Program-made: the position numbers and the translations under genes
NCBI GenBank assembly: GCA_963727625.1
Contig: CAVSHR010000009.1
Span: 288,001-352,000 of the forward strand
Source: an uncultured delta proteobacterium
GTDB taxonomy: Bacteria; Desulfobacterota; Binatia; UBA9968
Length of the DNA: 64,000 nucleotides
Reading direction: 5' to 3'
Shown: one piece after another, positions 1 through 8,137 of the stretch
Numbering within the stretch: position 1 is the stretch's first letter
Layout of the letters: every line of letters begins with the position of its first letter
Notes under the pieces: generated by a model
Told to the model about the DNA's origin: nothing
The model's database searches: none
What the model saw: only the letters and a program-made list of their open reading frames with translations

Positions 1-802
1 CATCGCTTAACCGGTAACCGAGCCTTCGAACCAATACGTACGCCGCTATCGTGCGCGCTTTCGATATCGTCCAACCCCGATCCGGACTACGCAGCGCCTG
101 AACCTCGATTTTCAACTGCTTCCCGAGCTCTCTCGCCATCGTCTCGATGGACCGCCGCGTCGGCCTTTTGCCCGAAAGACGCGCTTCCTTCTTCAGCAAC
201 CTTTCGCCGAACCCCTCGGGGCCGAGAAACCTCTGATCCTCCACCGCATAGTATTTTTCCTTGTGCCCTTGGCTCAAACCGTCTTGAACAAACCTGCGAT
301 AGGCCTGTTTCCCTCCCAACATCGATAAAACGGGCGCCGGATCGATCATTTCCGTAGCCTTCCCCTGTAGATACGCGTGATCCCCTGAGTAACGATAGCG
401 CTCCGGACTCCTGACCATGCCGGCGCGCACCGGGTTGAGATGAATATAACGGATCAGCTGAAGCAGATACTCGTCTTTCTGGCAAAGGATCGCCTTGTAG
501 CGCCCTTCAAATACGTGTCCGGTCTTACGGTGTTTAAGATTGAAATATTGGCTGTAGGATTGTTGCAGCCCTTGCATGAGTTTGGCGAGAGGGTGATGGG
601 AACTCTCCACCAGCAAATGAACGTGATTGGGCATCAAACAGTAGGCGTGCAACTTGTAGTCGTATTTCTTGCGATAGCGCGCCAGTCGTTCGGTATAGGC
701 CTGATAATCGCCGTCGGAGGTGAAAATCTTCTGCCGCTGGTTGCCGCGCACAATCACGTGATAGAGAACCCCTGCGGCAAATACTCTCGGCCGGCGCGCC
801 AT
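1..802 (-). CDS. RAYT/IS200-like HUH-Y1 transposase, copy 1 (3' end runs off the window)
   Basis: Near-identical to 6912-7713 (offset 6911; 4 substitutions seen by eye). ATG at 802. Absent from the ORF track because its stop lies outside the window. Confidence 0.93.
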   Translation of the reverse strand, partial: MARRPRVFAAGVLYHVIVRGNQRQKIFTSDGDYQAYTERLARYRKKYDYKLHAYCLMPNHVHLLVESSHHPLAKLMQGLQQSYSQYFNLKHRKTGHVFEGRYKAILCQKDEYLLQLIRYIHLNPVRAGMVRSPERYRYSGDHAYLQGKATEMIDPAPVLSMLGGKQAYRRFVQDGLSQGHKEKYYAVEDQRFLGPEGFGERLLKKEARLSGKRPTRRSIETMARELGKQLKIEVQALRSPDRGWTISKARTIAAYVLVRRLGYRLSD

Positions 803-827
803 GACGTGCTTCCATATCAAGGCGAAT

Positions 828-858
828 CAAGATAGTCAACTCGTAGAAGTCTGACCCC
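828..858. repeat. Terminal inverted repeat at the 5' end of transposase copy 1
   Basis: 841-858 TCGTAGAAGTCTGACCCC is the exact reverse complement of 6772-6789. The match extends imperfectly to about 31 bp. Confidence 0.85.
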
Positions 859-906
859 AAAGACTGCACCCAACCCCCGCTTCGTGGACCCTCTCGATAG
901 GATCCC

Positions 907-1938
907 CTAATGATGATGACCGTATGTGGATTTGACAACGTCTTTGAGGTCCTTGGGCGCATCCAGAGCGTCTTTTACGAGCTCGGTCGCGTCATCACCC
1001 GAAAGGTACTGGATCGGTCGCTTGGCTTTCTTCGCGTGTGCAATCAGCGCAGGATCCTGCATGGCTTCGCTGAAGGCTTCCCTCAGAAAAGCAAGGCGGT
1101 CGGCCGGCATATCCGGCGGTGCCGCTACGGAGCGGCCGGTCGCTCGGAAGGAGGCAAGCGCTTTCAAAATACGAAACTGATGAGGAGTCAGTTCGTTTTG
1201 GATATCCGTGAGATCAGGGGTATCCGGAAACAACTTGTCTCTTCCCATCCCGATAGCGAGCAGCGCTCTCGCCGTGGCCGGCTGGATGTAAGGCAAAGAA
1301 GAATCCGTCGAGTGGACAGTCGCGTCAACTTCCCCCCGCGCCATTGCCGTGAAGAGCTCCGGAGTTGAATCAAACTGCGTTATGATGCGTAACTTTTTCT
1401 TCAGGGTCCCTTCGGCAATCTTGGCAAACATATAATCGCTGCCGCCGACGCCATTCGTGCCGAAGACAAGCGTTTTTTTCCACTTCAAAAAATCTTTTGG
1501 GGTCTGAATTTGCTTGAATGATGACCGGACCGACAGGAGGTCGGTCGATCCCGTAATGCGCCCGAGCCAGGAGAATTTGGTCACGTCGAACCTGACGCCC
1601 TGCTGCCCGGCGATTTGCGATGCAATAATCCCTGCCGTATTCATGATTCCGACCGTCAGGCCATTCGCATCGGCGGTGAATAAAGCATTGGTCCCGACAA
1701 GGCTACCGGCGCCGGGTTTATTGATGACGATAACCGTCGCGCCAAGATGTTTGGCAAAAAAGGGCGCGATAATCCGCGAGTAAATATCGTAGCCGCCGGC
1801 CCCATAGGGAACTATCCAGCTAACCGTCTTGCCCTTAAAATACGCTGCAGCCTCGTCATTGGCTGCGCTGGCCTGGCCGGCACTAAGCCCGAATACGAAC
1901 AATGCCAGAACCGTAATAAAGCTCAACTTCCTTAGCAT
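907..1938 (-). CDS. tctC: Tripartite tricarboxylate transporter substrate-binding protein (Bug/TctC)
   Basis: Signal peptide, VPYGAGGYD..R, NKPGAG and ADANGLT Bug motifs. ATG at 1938 follows a GAGGAGG SD. Ends in GHHH. Confidence 0.9.
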   Translation of the reverse strand: MLRKLSFITVLALFVFGLSAGQASAANDEAAAYFKGKTVSWIVPYGAGGYDIYSRIIAPFFAKHLGATVIVINKPGAGSLVGTNALFTADANGLTVGIMNTAGIIASQIAGQQGVRFDVTKFSWLGRITGSTDLLSVRSSFKQIQTPKDFLKWKKTLVFGTNGVGGSDYMFAKIAEGTLKKKLRIITQFDSTPELFTAMARGEVDATVHSTDSSLPYIQPATARALLAIGMGRDKLFPDTPDLTDIQNELTPHQFRILKALASFRATGRSVAAPPDMPADRLAFLREAFSEAMQDPALIAHAKKAKRPIQYLSGDDATELVKDALDAPKDLKDVVKSTYGHHH

Positions 1939-2289
1939 CTCTGATACCTCCTCGAACGTAGATAACTGCGGATTCCGTTCCTTGAGGTTGTTAGCCGGCG
2001 AACGAAACACAAACCGTGCTTTGTCGGCCGCCCAAGGGCCGCTTTCACCACAAGACCAGCATCGTGCTCTCGATACGCATGCTACCGAGCCTGGGCCTAT
2101 GCATCAAATTCATCTCACTACCGAACATTATTCGCCCTTCGCGCACTTAAGGTCAAGCGCCAGCTTTTTCGCTGCCCGTTCAACCCTAAATTCTCCCCGG
2201 CGAGGTTACTTGGGGAGGCTGGGAGGCGACCTAGCGGGTCTTCGTCGTTCCGGCCATTGGAACTCTGATTGCGTTTCACGGTATGAATG

Positions 2290-3153
2290 TTAATCCGCAA
2301 GATAAACAGAAATGACACCGACCACCACGGATAGGGTCCCCACGACCATGTGAATGTTGACGCGTTCGAGATGACGCAAAAAAACAGCTCCGATGAGCAG
2401 GGTCCAGATCGGCGACGTCGCAACAATCGGGGAAACATAAACCACCGGACCGGACACAAAGGCGGTTAACATCAGCAAGACCGCGAAAGCCTCGAACAGT
2501 CCCGCTGTGACGAACGGTGCAACGGCCCTGGGATGGAAACGGACGGATTCTCTGGAAAACCCGAGGGATAGATAAGTCGCGAAACAACAAAGCGAGACGG
2601 TCACGACAAAAGCAGCAAAAAACAACGGCTCGGGTGAGACCCGCATGGCGTACCGCCTGATCGGATGAGTTATTCCCGTAAGGAGTGCCGTGCCTAGAGG
2701 GAACAGAAGATACCACCGGCGGAAGGTTGAAGTCGGTTCGCCGGCTTTCCAGGATGTTGCAATTGTACCGGCGACAATGAGAACGGTCCCCACGAGGCTC
2801 TGCGGACTAACGGGTTCGCCCAGGAAGAGTATCCCCATAAAAACGCTGTAGATCGGGTGTGTGGCGCGCAGCGTCACCGCGCGCGACGTGCCGACTTTGT
2901 CGATGCCCGTATAATGACAGAGGCGAACGAAGACCTGGAGGATTCCGGCTAACGCGATCGCCACGATGGCCGCTGATGCCACCTCGGGCACTCCTCGCCC
3001 CAAAACAACGGCCGCCCACAAAACCGAGGCCTGCGTAATCAAGGAGACAAGCGTTGCAACAGCGGGTGTCGAGTACACGAGCCCGCGCCGGACTAAAACA
3101 TTGGCGCCGGCATAGCTAAACGCGGTAAACAAAGCGAGCAGTCTTGGCGACAT
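2290..3153 (-). CDS. DMT/EamA family transporter
   Basis: About 10 hydrophobic segments in two EamA repeats (LFLGE; VFLRHLERV). Likely start MSPRLL at 3153. Confidence 0.88.
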   Translation of the reverse strand: MSPRLLALFTAFSYAGANVLVRRGLVYSTPAVATLVSLITQASVLWAAVVLGRGVPEVASAAIVAIALAGILQVFVRLCHYTGIDKVGTSRAVTLRATHPIYSVFMGILFLGEPVSPQSLVGTVLIVAGTIATSWKAGEPTSTFRRWYLLFPLGTALLTGITHPIRRYAMRVSPEPLFFAAFVVTVSLCCFATYLSLGFSRESVRFHPRAVAPFVTAGLFEAFAVLLMLTAFVSGPVVYVSPIVATSPIWTLLIGAVFLRHLERVNIHMVVGTLSVVVGVISVYLAD

Positions 3154-3339
3154 CGAATACGAACGGTCCTTTCCCGCTCCAGTCGATCCGGGTGCCTTGA
3201 GACAATCATGCTTGAAATGCGGTTGTTTTCCTTTGATGCAAAGAAAAATAACCGCCAATGGCAAAAGAAGTTTGGCACTTGCGGTGTCGTACTTTTGCTC
3301 GGAGCGCCTGAAAGAGTTTTTCTACCAGATCGGCGGGAA

Positions 3340-4836
3340 TTAACTCGAGGGCGGAGATTCCATCTTTCGACGAACTCCGCGCAAAAGAGGGTAAATAAGG
3401 GTCACGATGATCGATAGGAGGAAAAGCAGAGTCAAAGGTCTCAGAAACATCGACCAGCCATAAAGCGAAATCGAAAGTAAAAGGTTCTTTTCCACAATTC
3501 GACCCAGCACCAGGCCGATGATCAGCGTCGCCCTTGAATAATCATGCTTCTTCAAATAATAGCCGCCGACACCGAAGGCGACGGCGACCAAAAAATCTCC
3601 CAGGTCGTTGTTGGTCGCGTAAGCGCCGAACACGGAGATTACAAAGACGACCGGCACGATCAACTCGCCTCGGATTTTCGTGATGAAAGCCATCCGGCGA
3701 GCCAAGACAAAACCGATGACCGCTCCGATGATATTGGAGGCCACCAGGATCCAGACCATCATAAATACAAGGTCAAGATTTTCCGTGAGCATTTTCGGGC
3801 CGGGCTGCAGTCCTAAAATGTAAAAGGCCCCGAGCAATATGGCCATCGCCTCGCTTCCTGGTATCCCGAAAGCAAGGGTCGGCACCAGAGAGCCTCCTTC
3901 CTTTGCGTTGTTGGCAGACTCCGGGCCTATGACGCCTTCGGGGGCACCCTTTCCGAACTGCGATGGATCCTTGGACGTCTGTACGGCGTGCCCATACGCC
4001 AAGAAATTGGCCACCACTCCGCCCAGGCCCGGAATAATGCCAATGATAGTTCCCATTGCGCTGCAGCGGAGAAACAGCGCCCAGTGGCGAAAGACATCTT
4101 TCATCCCTTCGAAGGGATTCCCTTTGACTTCGAGCCCCTCTTGCGCAATCGAGCCACCGCGGACAGCGAGGTCGATCATTTCGCCAACGGCGAATAATCC
4201 GATCACCGCGGGAACCAGCGGCATTCCGTCCCACAGGTAAAGTTGGCCAAATGTATAACGCAAGGTGCCCGTGGTAAGGTCCTGTCCGACAAAGGAGAGC
4301 ATAAGCCCCAACCCTCCCGTGACGAGCGACTTGAGGACAGCGCCGGACCCGAGGTAGGCGATGAATACGATTCCGAGAACTGCCAGCATGAAAAACTCCG
4401 GTGGCGCGAAGGCAAGCACGAGGGGTTGGAGCACCGGAATCAAGAGAGCCAGGACGACGGCCCCGAATAGACCCCCAAGACCCGAAGCGGTCATGGCAAT
4501 GCCAATAGCCCGGGCACCCTCACCGCGCTGGGCCATCGGGTAACCGTCAAAAACAGTGGCCACGTTGACAGCTGTACCGGGCACGCCGAAAAGGATGCTC
4601 GTCACGGAGCCCCCCGTTGTCGAGACCGCATAGACGCCAAGAAGCAAAGAGAGGGCAAATTCGGGCTTCATGCTAAAGGTAAGCGGCAAAATGAGCGCCA
4701 TGCCAAATATACCGCCGATGCCGGGGATGACACCGAGGATAAAGCCGAAGATGATCCCAATGAGCTGGTAGAGGAAGGCGGGGAAGCTCAGCATTTCGCT
4801 GAGCCCGCTAATAAGAGAAGCAACGATGTGCGCCAT
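3340..4836 (-). CDS. tctA: Tripartite tricarboxylate transporter permease TctA
   Basis: GVIPGIGG, ILFGVPG, DGYPMA, ESANNA and PTLAFGIPGS TctA signatures. Confidence 0.95.
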   Translation of the reverse strand: MAHIVASLISGLSEMLSFPAFLYQLIGIIFGFILGVIPGIGGIFGMALILPLTFSMKPEFALSLLLGVYAVSTTGGSVTSILFGVPGTAVNVATVFDGYPMAQRGEGARAIGIAMTASGLGGLFGAVVLALLIPVLQPLVLAFAPPEFFMLAVLGIVFIAYLGSGAVLKSLVTGGLGLMLSFVGQDLTTGTLRYTFGQLYLWDGMPLVPAVIGLFAVGEMIDLAVRGGSIAQEGLEVKGNPFEGMKDVFRHWALFLRCSAMGTIIGIIPGLGGVVANFLAYGHAVQTSKDPSQFGKGAPEGVIGPESANNAKEGGSLVPTLAFGIPGSEAMAILLGAFYILGLQPGPKMLTENLDLVFMMVWILVASNIIGAVIGFVLARRMAFITKIRGELIVPVVFVISVFGAYATNNDLGDFLVAVAFGVGGYYLKKHDYSRATLIIGLVLGRIVEKNLLLSISLYGWSMFLRPLTLLFLLSIIVTLIYPLLRGVRRKMESPPSS

Positions 4837-4869
4837 ACTCTGGGTTCCGAGATTGGTTGCCGGAGGGCG

Positions 4870-5373
4870 TTACGACCCTAACAGCGATTGCAGCAGCCCG
4901 TTGTAGAGCGGCAGCTTGAAGACGAAGACGAAAACAGTGTAGACGACCGCCCAGGCCCCAGCGGAAAGAAAGATAATTGTCTTCCACGACTGGTGCGCGC
5001 CGAACCAGAGGAAAAGAACGAGGAAAATAGGCACGGCCCAAAGCAGTCCAAACACTAAAATGAACGCGAGAAGGGCGAACAGCCATCCTATAATCCAAAG
5101 TTCTCTCTTCGATTCTACTTTTTTTTCCTCAACCGTGAGCTCGGTCTCGCGCCGAATGCCTTCCATGCTCTGCCCCCGGGCCGCACGGCCAGCCCTGCGG
5201 GAGATAAACTCTGTCACGAACACGATCAAGCTCAGGACAAAAGTAGGAATTCCTACGATCAGAGGGAGACGTCGTGCGGCCGCATCGAAGCTAAACCCGT
5301 CGTAGACGGCATAGCCGAGGATCAAAAAGAGGGCTAAATCGATGATAGTTTCCTCGGTAATGATCTTACGCAT
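4870..5373 (-). CDS. tctB: Tripartite tricarboxylate transporter small subunit TctB
   Basis: 4-5 TM helices, C-terminal F..LPL..G motif, located between tctC and tctA. Confidence 0.85.
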   Translation of the reverse strand: MRKIITEETIIDLALFLILGYAVYDGFSFDAAARRLPLIVGIPTFVLSLIVFVTEFISRRAGRAARGQSMEGIRRETELTVEEKKVESKRELWIIGWLFALLAFILVFGLLWAVPIFLVLFLWFGAHQSWKTIIFLSAGAWAVVYTVFVFVFKLPLYNGLLQSLLGS

Positions 5374-5459
5374 CGCGATACCTCTATACTGAGCCCAAGA
5401 ACTCGGTTGGCCGCGGGGGTAATGCCCCACGAGCCACACCCGATAAACGGCTTTCCTGA

Positions 5460-6572
5460 CTACTTATGCGTCGCAAAGCCCTTCTTGAGGATGTCTTTGA
5501 GCTCCTTCGGCGGATTGAGAACTTCCCGGATGTCTCTTTCCGCCTCTTCACCGGATATGTAATCCACAGGCCGATGCGCTTTATTGGCTTTGGCGATGAA
5601 GTCGGGATTGGTCAGCACTTTTTTCAGCGCGCCCCTGAGAAAATTCAGGCGCGACCCTTTCATTCCCGGGGGCGCCATGAGCGGGCGAGCAAGCTCATAA
5701 ATTTTGGAGTATGTTTCCAGCATCTGGTAATTGTCCTTGGAAATCGTGCCTTGGGTGTCTTTGATCGTTGCCACGTCGGGAAAATCTTTGTTTTTCTTTG
5801 TAGTCACGGTGAGCAGGGGACGCTCGTAGCCGTTCTTAATGTCGGTGTACGAAGAGGCGAGCGTGTTGCAATACATACCGGTCTCGTTGCGTCGGAGGGA
5901 AGCTTTCACCTCGACCGAACCGCCAAAGCCGAGAATCATATTAAATTTCGAGTTCAGCGCTTTTTCCAAAACAAGGCCACATACATACGGACCACCGCCC
6001 GCCGAGCCGAATTTGTAGCCTTTTTTGTTGTTCAAAACATCCTTCCATGACTGGATTTCTTTCAACGGCGCGCGAACGATGAGCGTGTTTGGATCGGGGG
6101 TGATCCCGGCGAGCCAGGTCATTTTGGCGAGGTCATAGCGCACGCCCGGTGCTCCCGCGATCTGAAAACCGATCGGCCCCTCTCCAAAGGCGGTTCCAAT
6201 CGTGAGACCATCGGGTTTAGCGACGTACAGATCATTCATGCCGATGAGCGATTGACCGCCCGGTTTATTCAAGACCACGACACTGGCGCCCGTATATTCT
6301 GCTAGATATGGCCCTATCATGCGGGCGTACGTGTCGACTCCGCCACCGGCTTTACTCGGCACGATAAAGGTGATCGTCTTTCCTTTGAAAAACGTCGCGT
6401 CCGAAGAGGCCGCACCGGCCTGATTGCCGGGCCATGAACTCAATACGAAAAGACTCAACGAAATCAGCAATAGTCTCCCAAGACGAAGCGCGGCACGCGC
6501 AGGATGCCTCCTTCGGCGAGATAGAAAAGAAACACTTCGCCCATTGGACTCTGTCGGTGTGCATATTGCCAT
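5460..6572 (-). CDS. tctC: Tripartite tricarboxylate transporter substrate-binding protein (Bug/TctC), second paralog
   Basis: IVPSKAGGGVD..AR, NKPGG, AKPDGLT, RP.MAPPG. GAGGAGG SD before ATG at 6572. Confidence 0.9.
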   Translation of the reverse strand: MAICTPTESNGRSVSFLSRRRRHPARAALRLGRLLLISLSLFVLSSWPGNQAGAASSDATFFKGKTITFIVPSKAGGGVDTYARMIGPYLAEYTGASVVVLNKPGGQSLIGMNDLYVAKPDGLTIGTAFGEGPIGFQIAGAPGVRYDLAKMTWLAGITPDPNTLIVRAPLKEIQSWKDVLNNKKGYKFGSAGGGPYVCGLVLEKALNSKFNMILGFGGSVEVKASLRRNETGMYCNTLASSYTDIKNGYERPLLTVTTKKNKDFPDVATIKDTQGTISKDNYQMLETYSKIYELARPLMAPPGMKGSRLNFLRGALKKVLTNPDFIAKANKAHRPVDYISGEEAERDIREVLNPPKELKDILKKGFATHK

Positions 6573-6684
6573 CTTAACCTCCTCGAAAAACATTGACGCG
6601 TCAGCATGGTGTGGTCAACCACGTCAGCTTCCGGATCAAGCTTTTAGCTCTCGGACTTATTTGCATTTATTCATGTGACTGTAC

Positions 6685-6716
6685 TGTCGGATAGTACTAT
6701 GCCTTTTTTTTGTCAA
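6685..6716 (-). promoter_or_regulatory. Candidate sigma70 promoter and operator for the tct cluster
   Basis: Minus-strand TTGACA at 6716-6711. A perfect palindrome ATAGTACTAT (6691-6700) overlaps the -10 region, which itself matches weakly. Confidence 0.35.
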
Positions 6717-6771
6717 GTGGTCGTCGTTTTTACTTCCACGTGACGATACCACACGGGAGGGGAGCGGATAA

Positions 6772-7768
6772 GGGGTCAGACTTCTACGACTCAACTATCT
6801 TGCTCAGCCGGTCGACCTCCCGCCTGACCGTATCATCTGCTTGCAACCGATCACTCAGCCGTGCGAGCAAGGTCGCGAGTGTCGCTATGTCTCTATTGAA
6901 ATAGGCCGCCACATCGCTTAACCGGTAACCGAGCCTTCGAACCAATACGTACGCCACTATCGTGCGCGCTTTCGATATCGTCCAACCCCGATCCGGACTA
7001 CGCAGCGCCTGAACCTCGATTTTCAACTGCTTCCCGAGCTCTCTCGCCACCGTCTCGATGGACCGCCGCGTCGGCCTTTTGCCCGAAAGACGCGCTTCCT
7101 TCTTCAGCAACCTTTCGCCGAACCCCTCGGGGCCGAGAAACCTCTGATCCTCCACCGCATAGTATTTTTCCTTGTGCCCTTGGCTCAAACCGTCTTGAAC
7201 AAACCTGCGATAGGCCTGTTTCCCTCCCAACATCGATAAAACAGGCGCCGGATCGATCATTTCCGTAGCCTTCCCCTGTAGATACGCGTGATCCCCTGAG
7301 TAACGATAGCGCTCCGGACTCCTTACCATGCCGGCGCGCACCGGGTTGAGATGAATATAACGGATCAGCTGAAGCAGATACTCGTCTTTCTGGCAAAGGA
7401 TCGCCTTGTAGCGCCCTTCAAATACGTGTCCGGTCTTACGGTGTTTAAGATTGAAATATTGGCTGTAGGATTGTTGCAGCCCTTGCATGAGTTTGGCGAG
7501 AGGGTGATGGGAACTCTCCACCAGCAAATGAACGTGATTGGGCATCAAACAGTAGGCGTGCAACTTGTAGTCGTATTTCTTGCGATAGCGCGCCAGTCGT
7601 TCGGTATAGGCCTGATAATCGCCGTCGGAGGTGAAAATCTTCTGCCGCTGGTTGCCGCGCACAATCACGTGATAGAGAACCCCTGCGGCAAATACTCTCG
7701 GCCGGCGCGCCATGACGCATTCCCATATCAAAATCAATCGAGATAGTCAATTTATAAAAGTCTGACCC
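6772..7768 (-). mobile_element. Complete ~1 kb IS-like unit: RAYT-type transposase between inverted GGGTCAGACTT ends
   Basis: Left end GGGGTCAGACTTCTA (6772) overlaps the stop codon. Right end AAGTCTGACCC ends at 7768. A second copy starts the window. No target-site duplication seen. Confidence 0.8.
6784..7713 (-). CDS. RAYT/IS200-like HUH-Y1 transposase with C-terminal DnaA-domain-IV-like HTH, copy 2
   Basis: YHVIVRGNQRQ, YCLMPNHVHLL (HUH), GHVFEGRY and YIHLNPVRAG (catalytic Tyr). C-terminal AR.IVAY..VRRLGYRLSDVAAYFNRD helix-turn-helix. Confidence 0.93.
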   Translation of the reverse strand: MARRPRVFAAGVLYHVIVRGNQRQKIFTSDGDYQAYTERLARYRKKYDYKLHAYCLMPNHVHLLVESSHHPLAKLMQGLQQSYSQYFNLKHRKTGHVFEGRYKAILCQKDEYLLQLIRYIHLNPVRAGMVRSPERYRYSGDHAYLQGKATEMIDPAPVLSMLGGKQAYRRFVQDGLSQGHKEKYYAVEDQRFLGPEGFGERLLKKEARLSGKRPTRRSIETVARELGKQLKIEVQALRSPDRGWTISKARTIVAYVLVRRLGYRLSDVAAYFNRDIATLATLLARLSDRLQADDTVRREVDRLSKIVES

Positions 7769-8001
7769 TATGCGTCCTGCTCAAGGCCGGCACCGTTCCG
7801 AGTTGGGTCACCGATCCGTACAAGCGCATCCACGAGGACGAAGAAGAACACGGCAACTACCCCTTCGAGATCCTGGTCCGATACGCGACGACGGAGGACA
7901 AACAAGAGCGCGCCGCCCGCGCCGTCGCAATGAGCCTGGCGCTGCGCCGCGCTTATTTTGACAATCTCGATCGGTGGGTGTTTGAGGGAAGGATACACTA
8001 A
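7768..8001 (+). pseudogene. C-terminal fragment of a heme-oxygenase-like/ferritin-like (TenA/PqqC-type) protein
   Basis: Open frame ...DPYKRIHEDEEEHGNYPFEILVRYATTEDKQERA...GRIH* has an H-x-D-E-x-x-H metal motif. It has no start codon and begins exactly at the element end. Confidence 0.6.
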
Positions 8002-8137
8002 GCCGCTACTGTTGCTCGACTAATAAATGATCAAATTGGCAGCCGAATTCCGACTCGACAATAATATCATCCCCAGAAGATTTCTCATTACTCTTAATAC
8101 GCTCTCCATACCTTCTATTGGTCGGCGGTACCTCAAA

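Noticed and set aside
87-962. ORF-track calls 87-485, 440-835 and 534-962 (and equivalents at 6998-7750)
   Set aside because: Alternative-frame or antisense shadows of the transposase.
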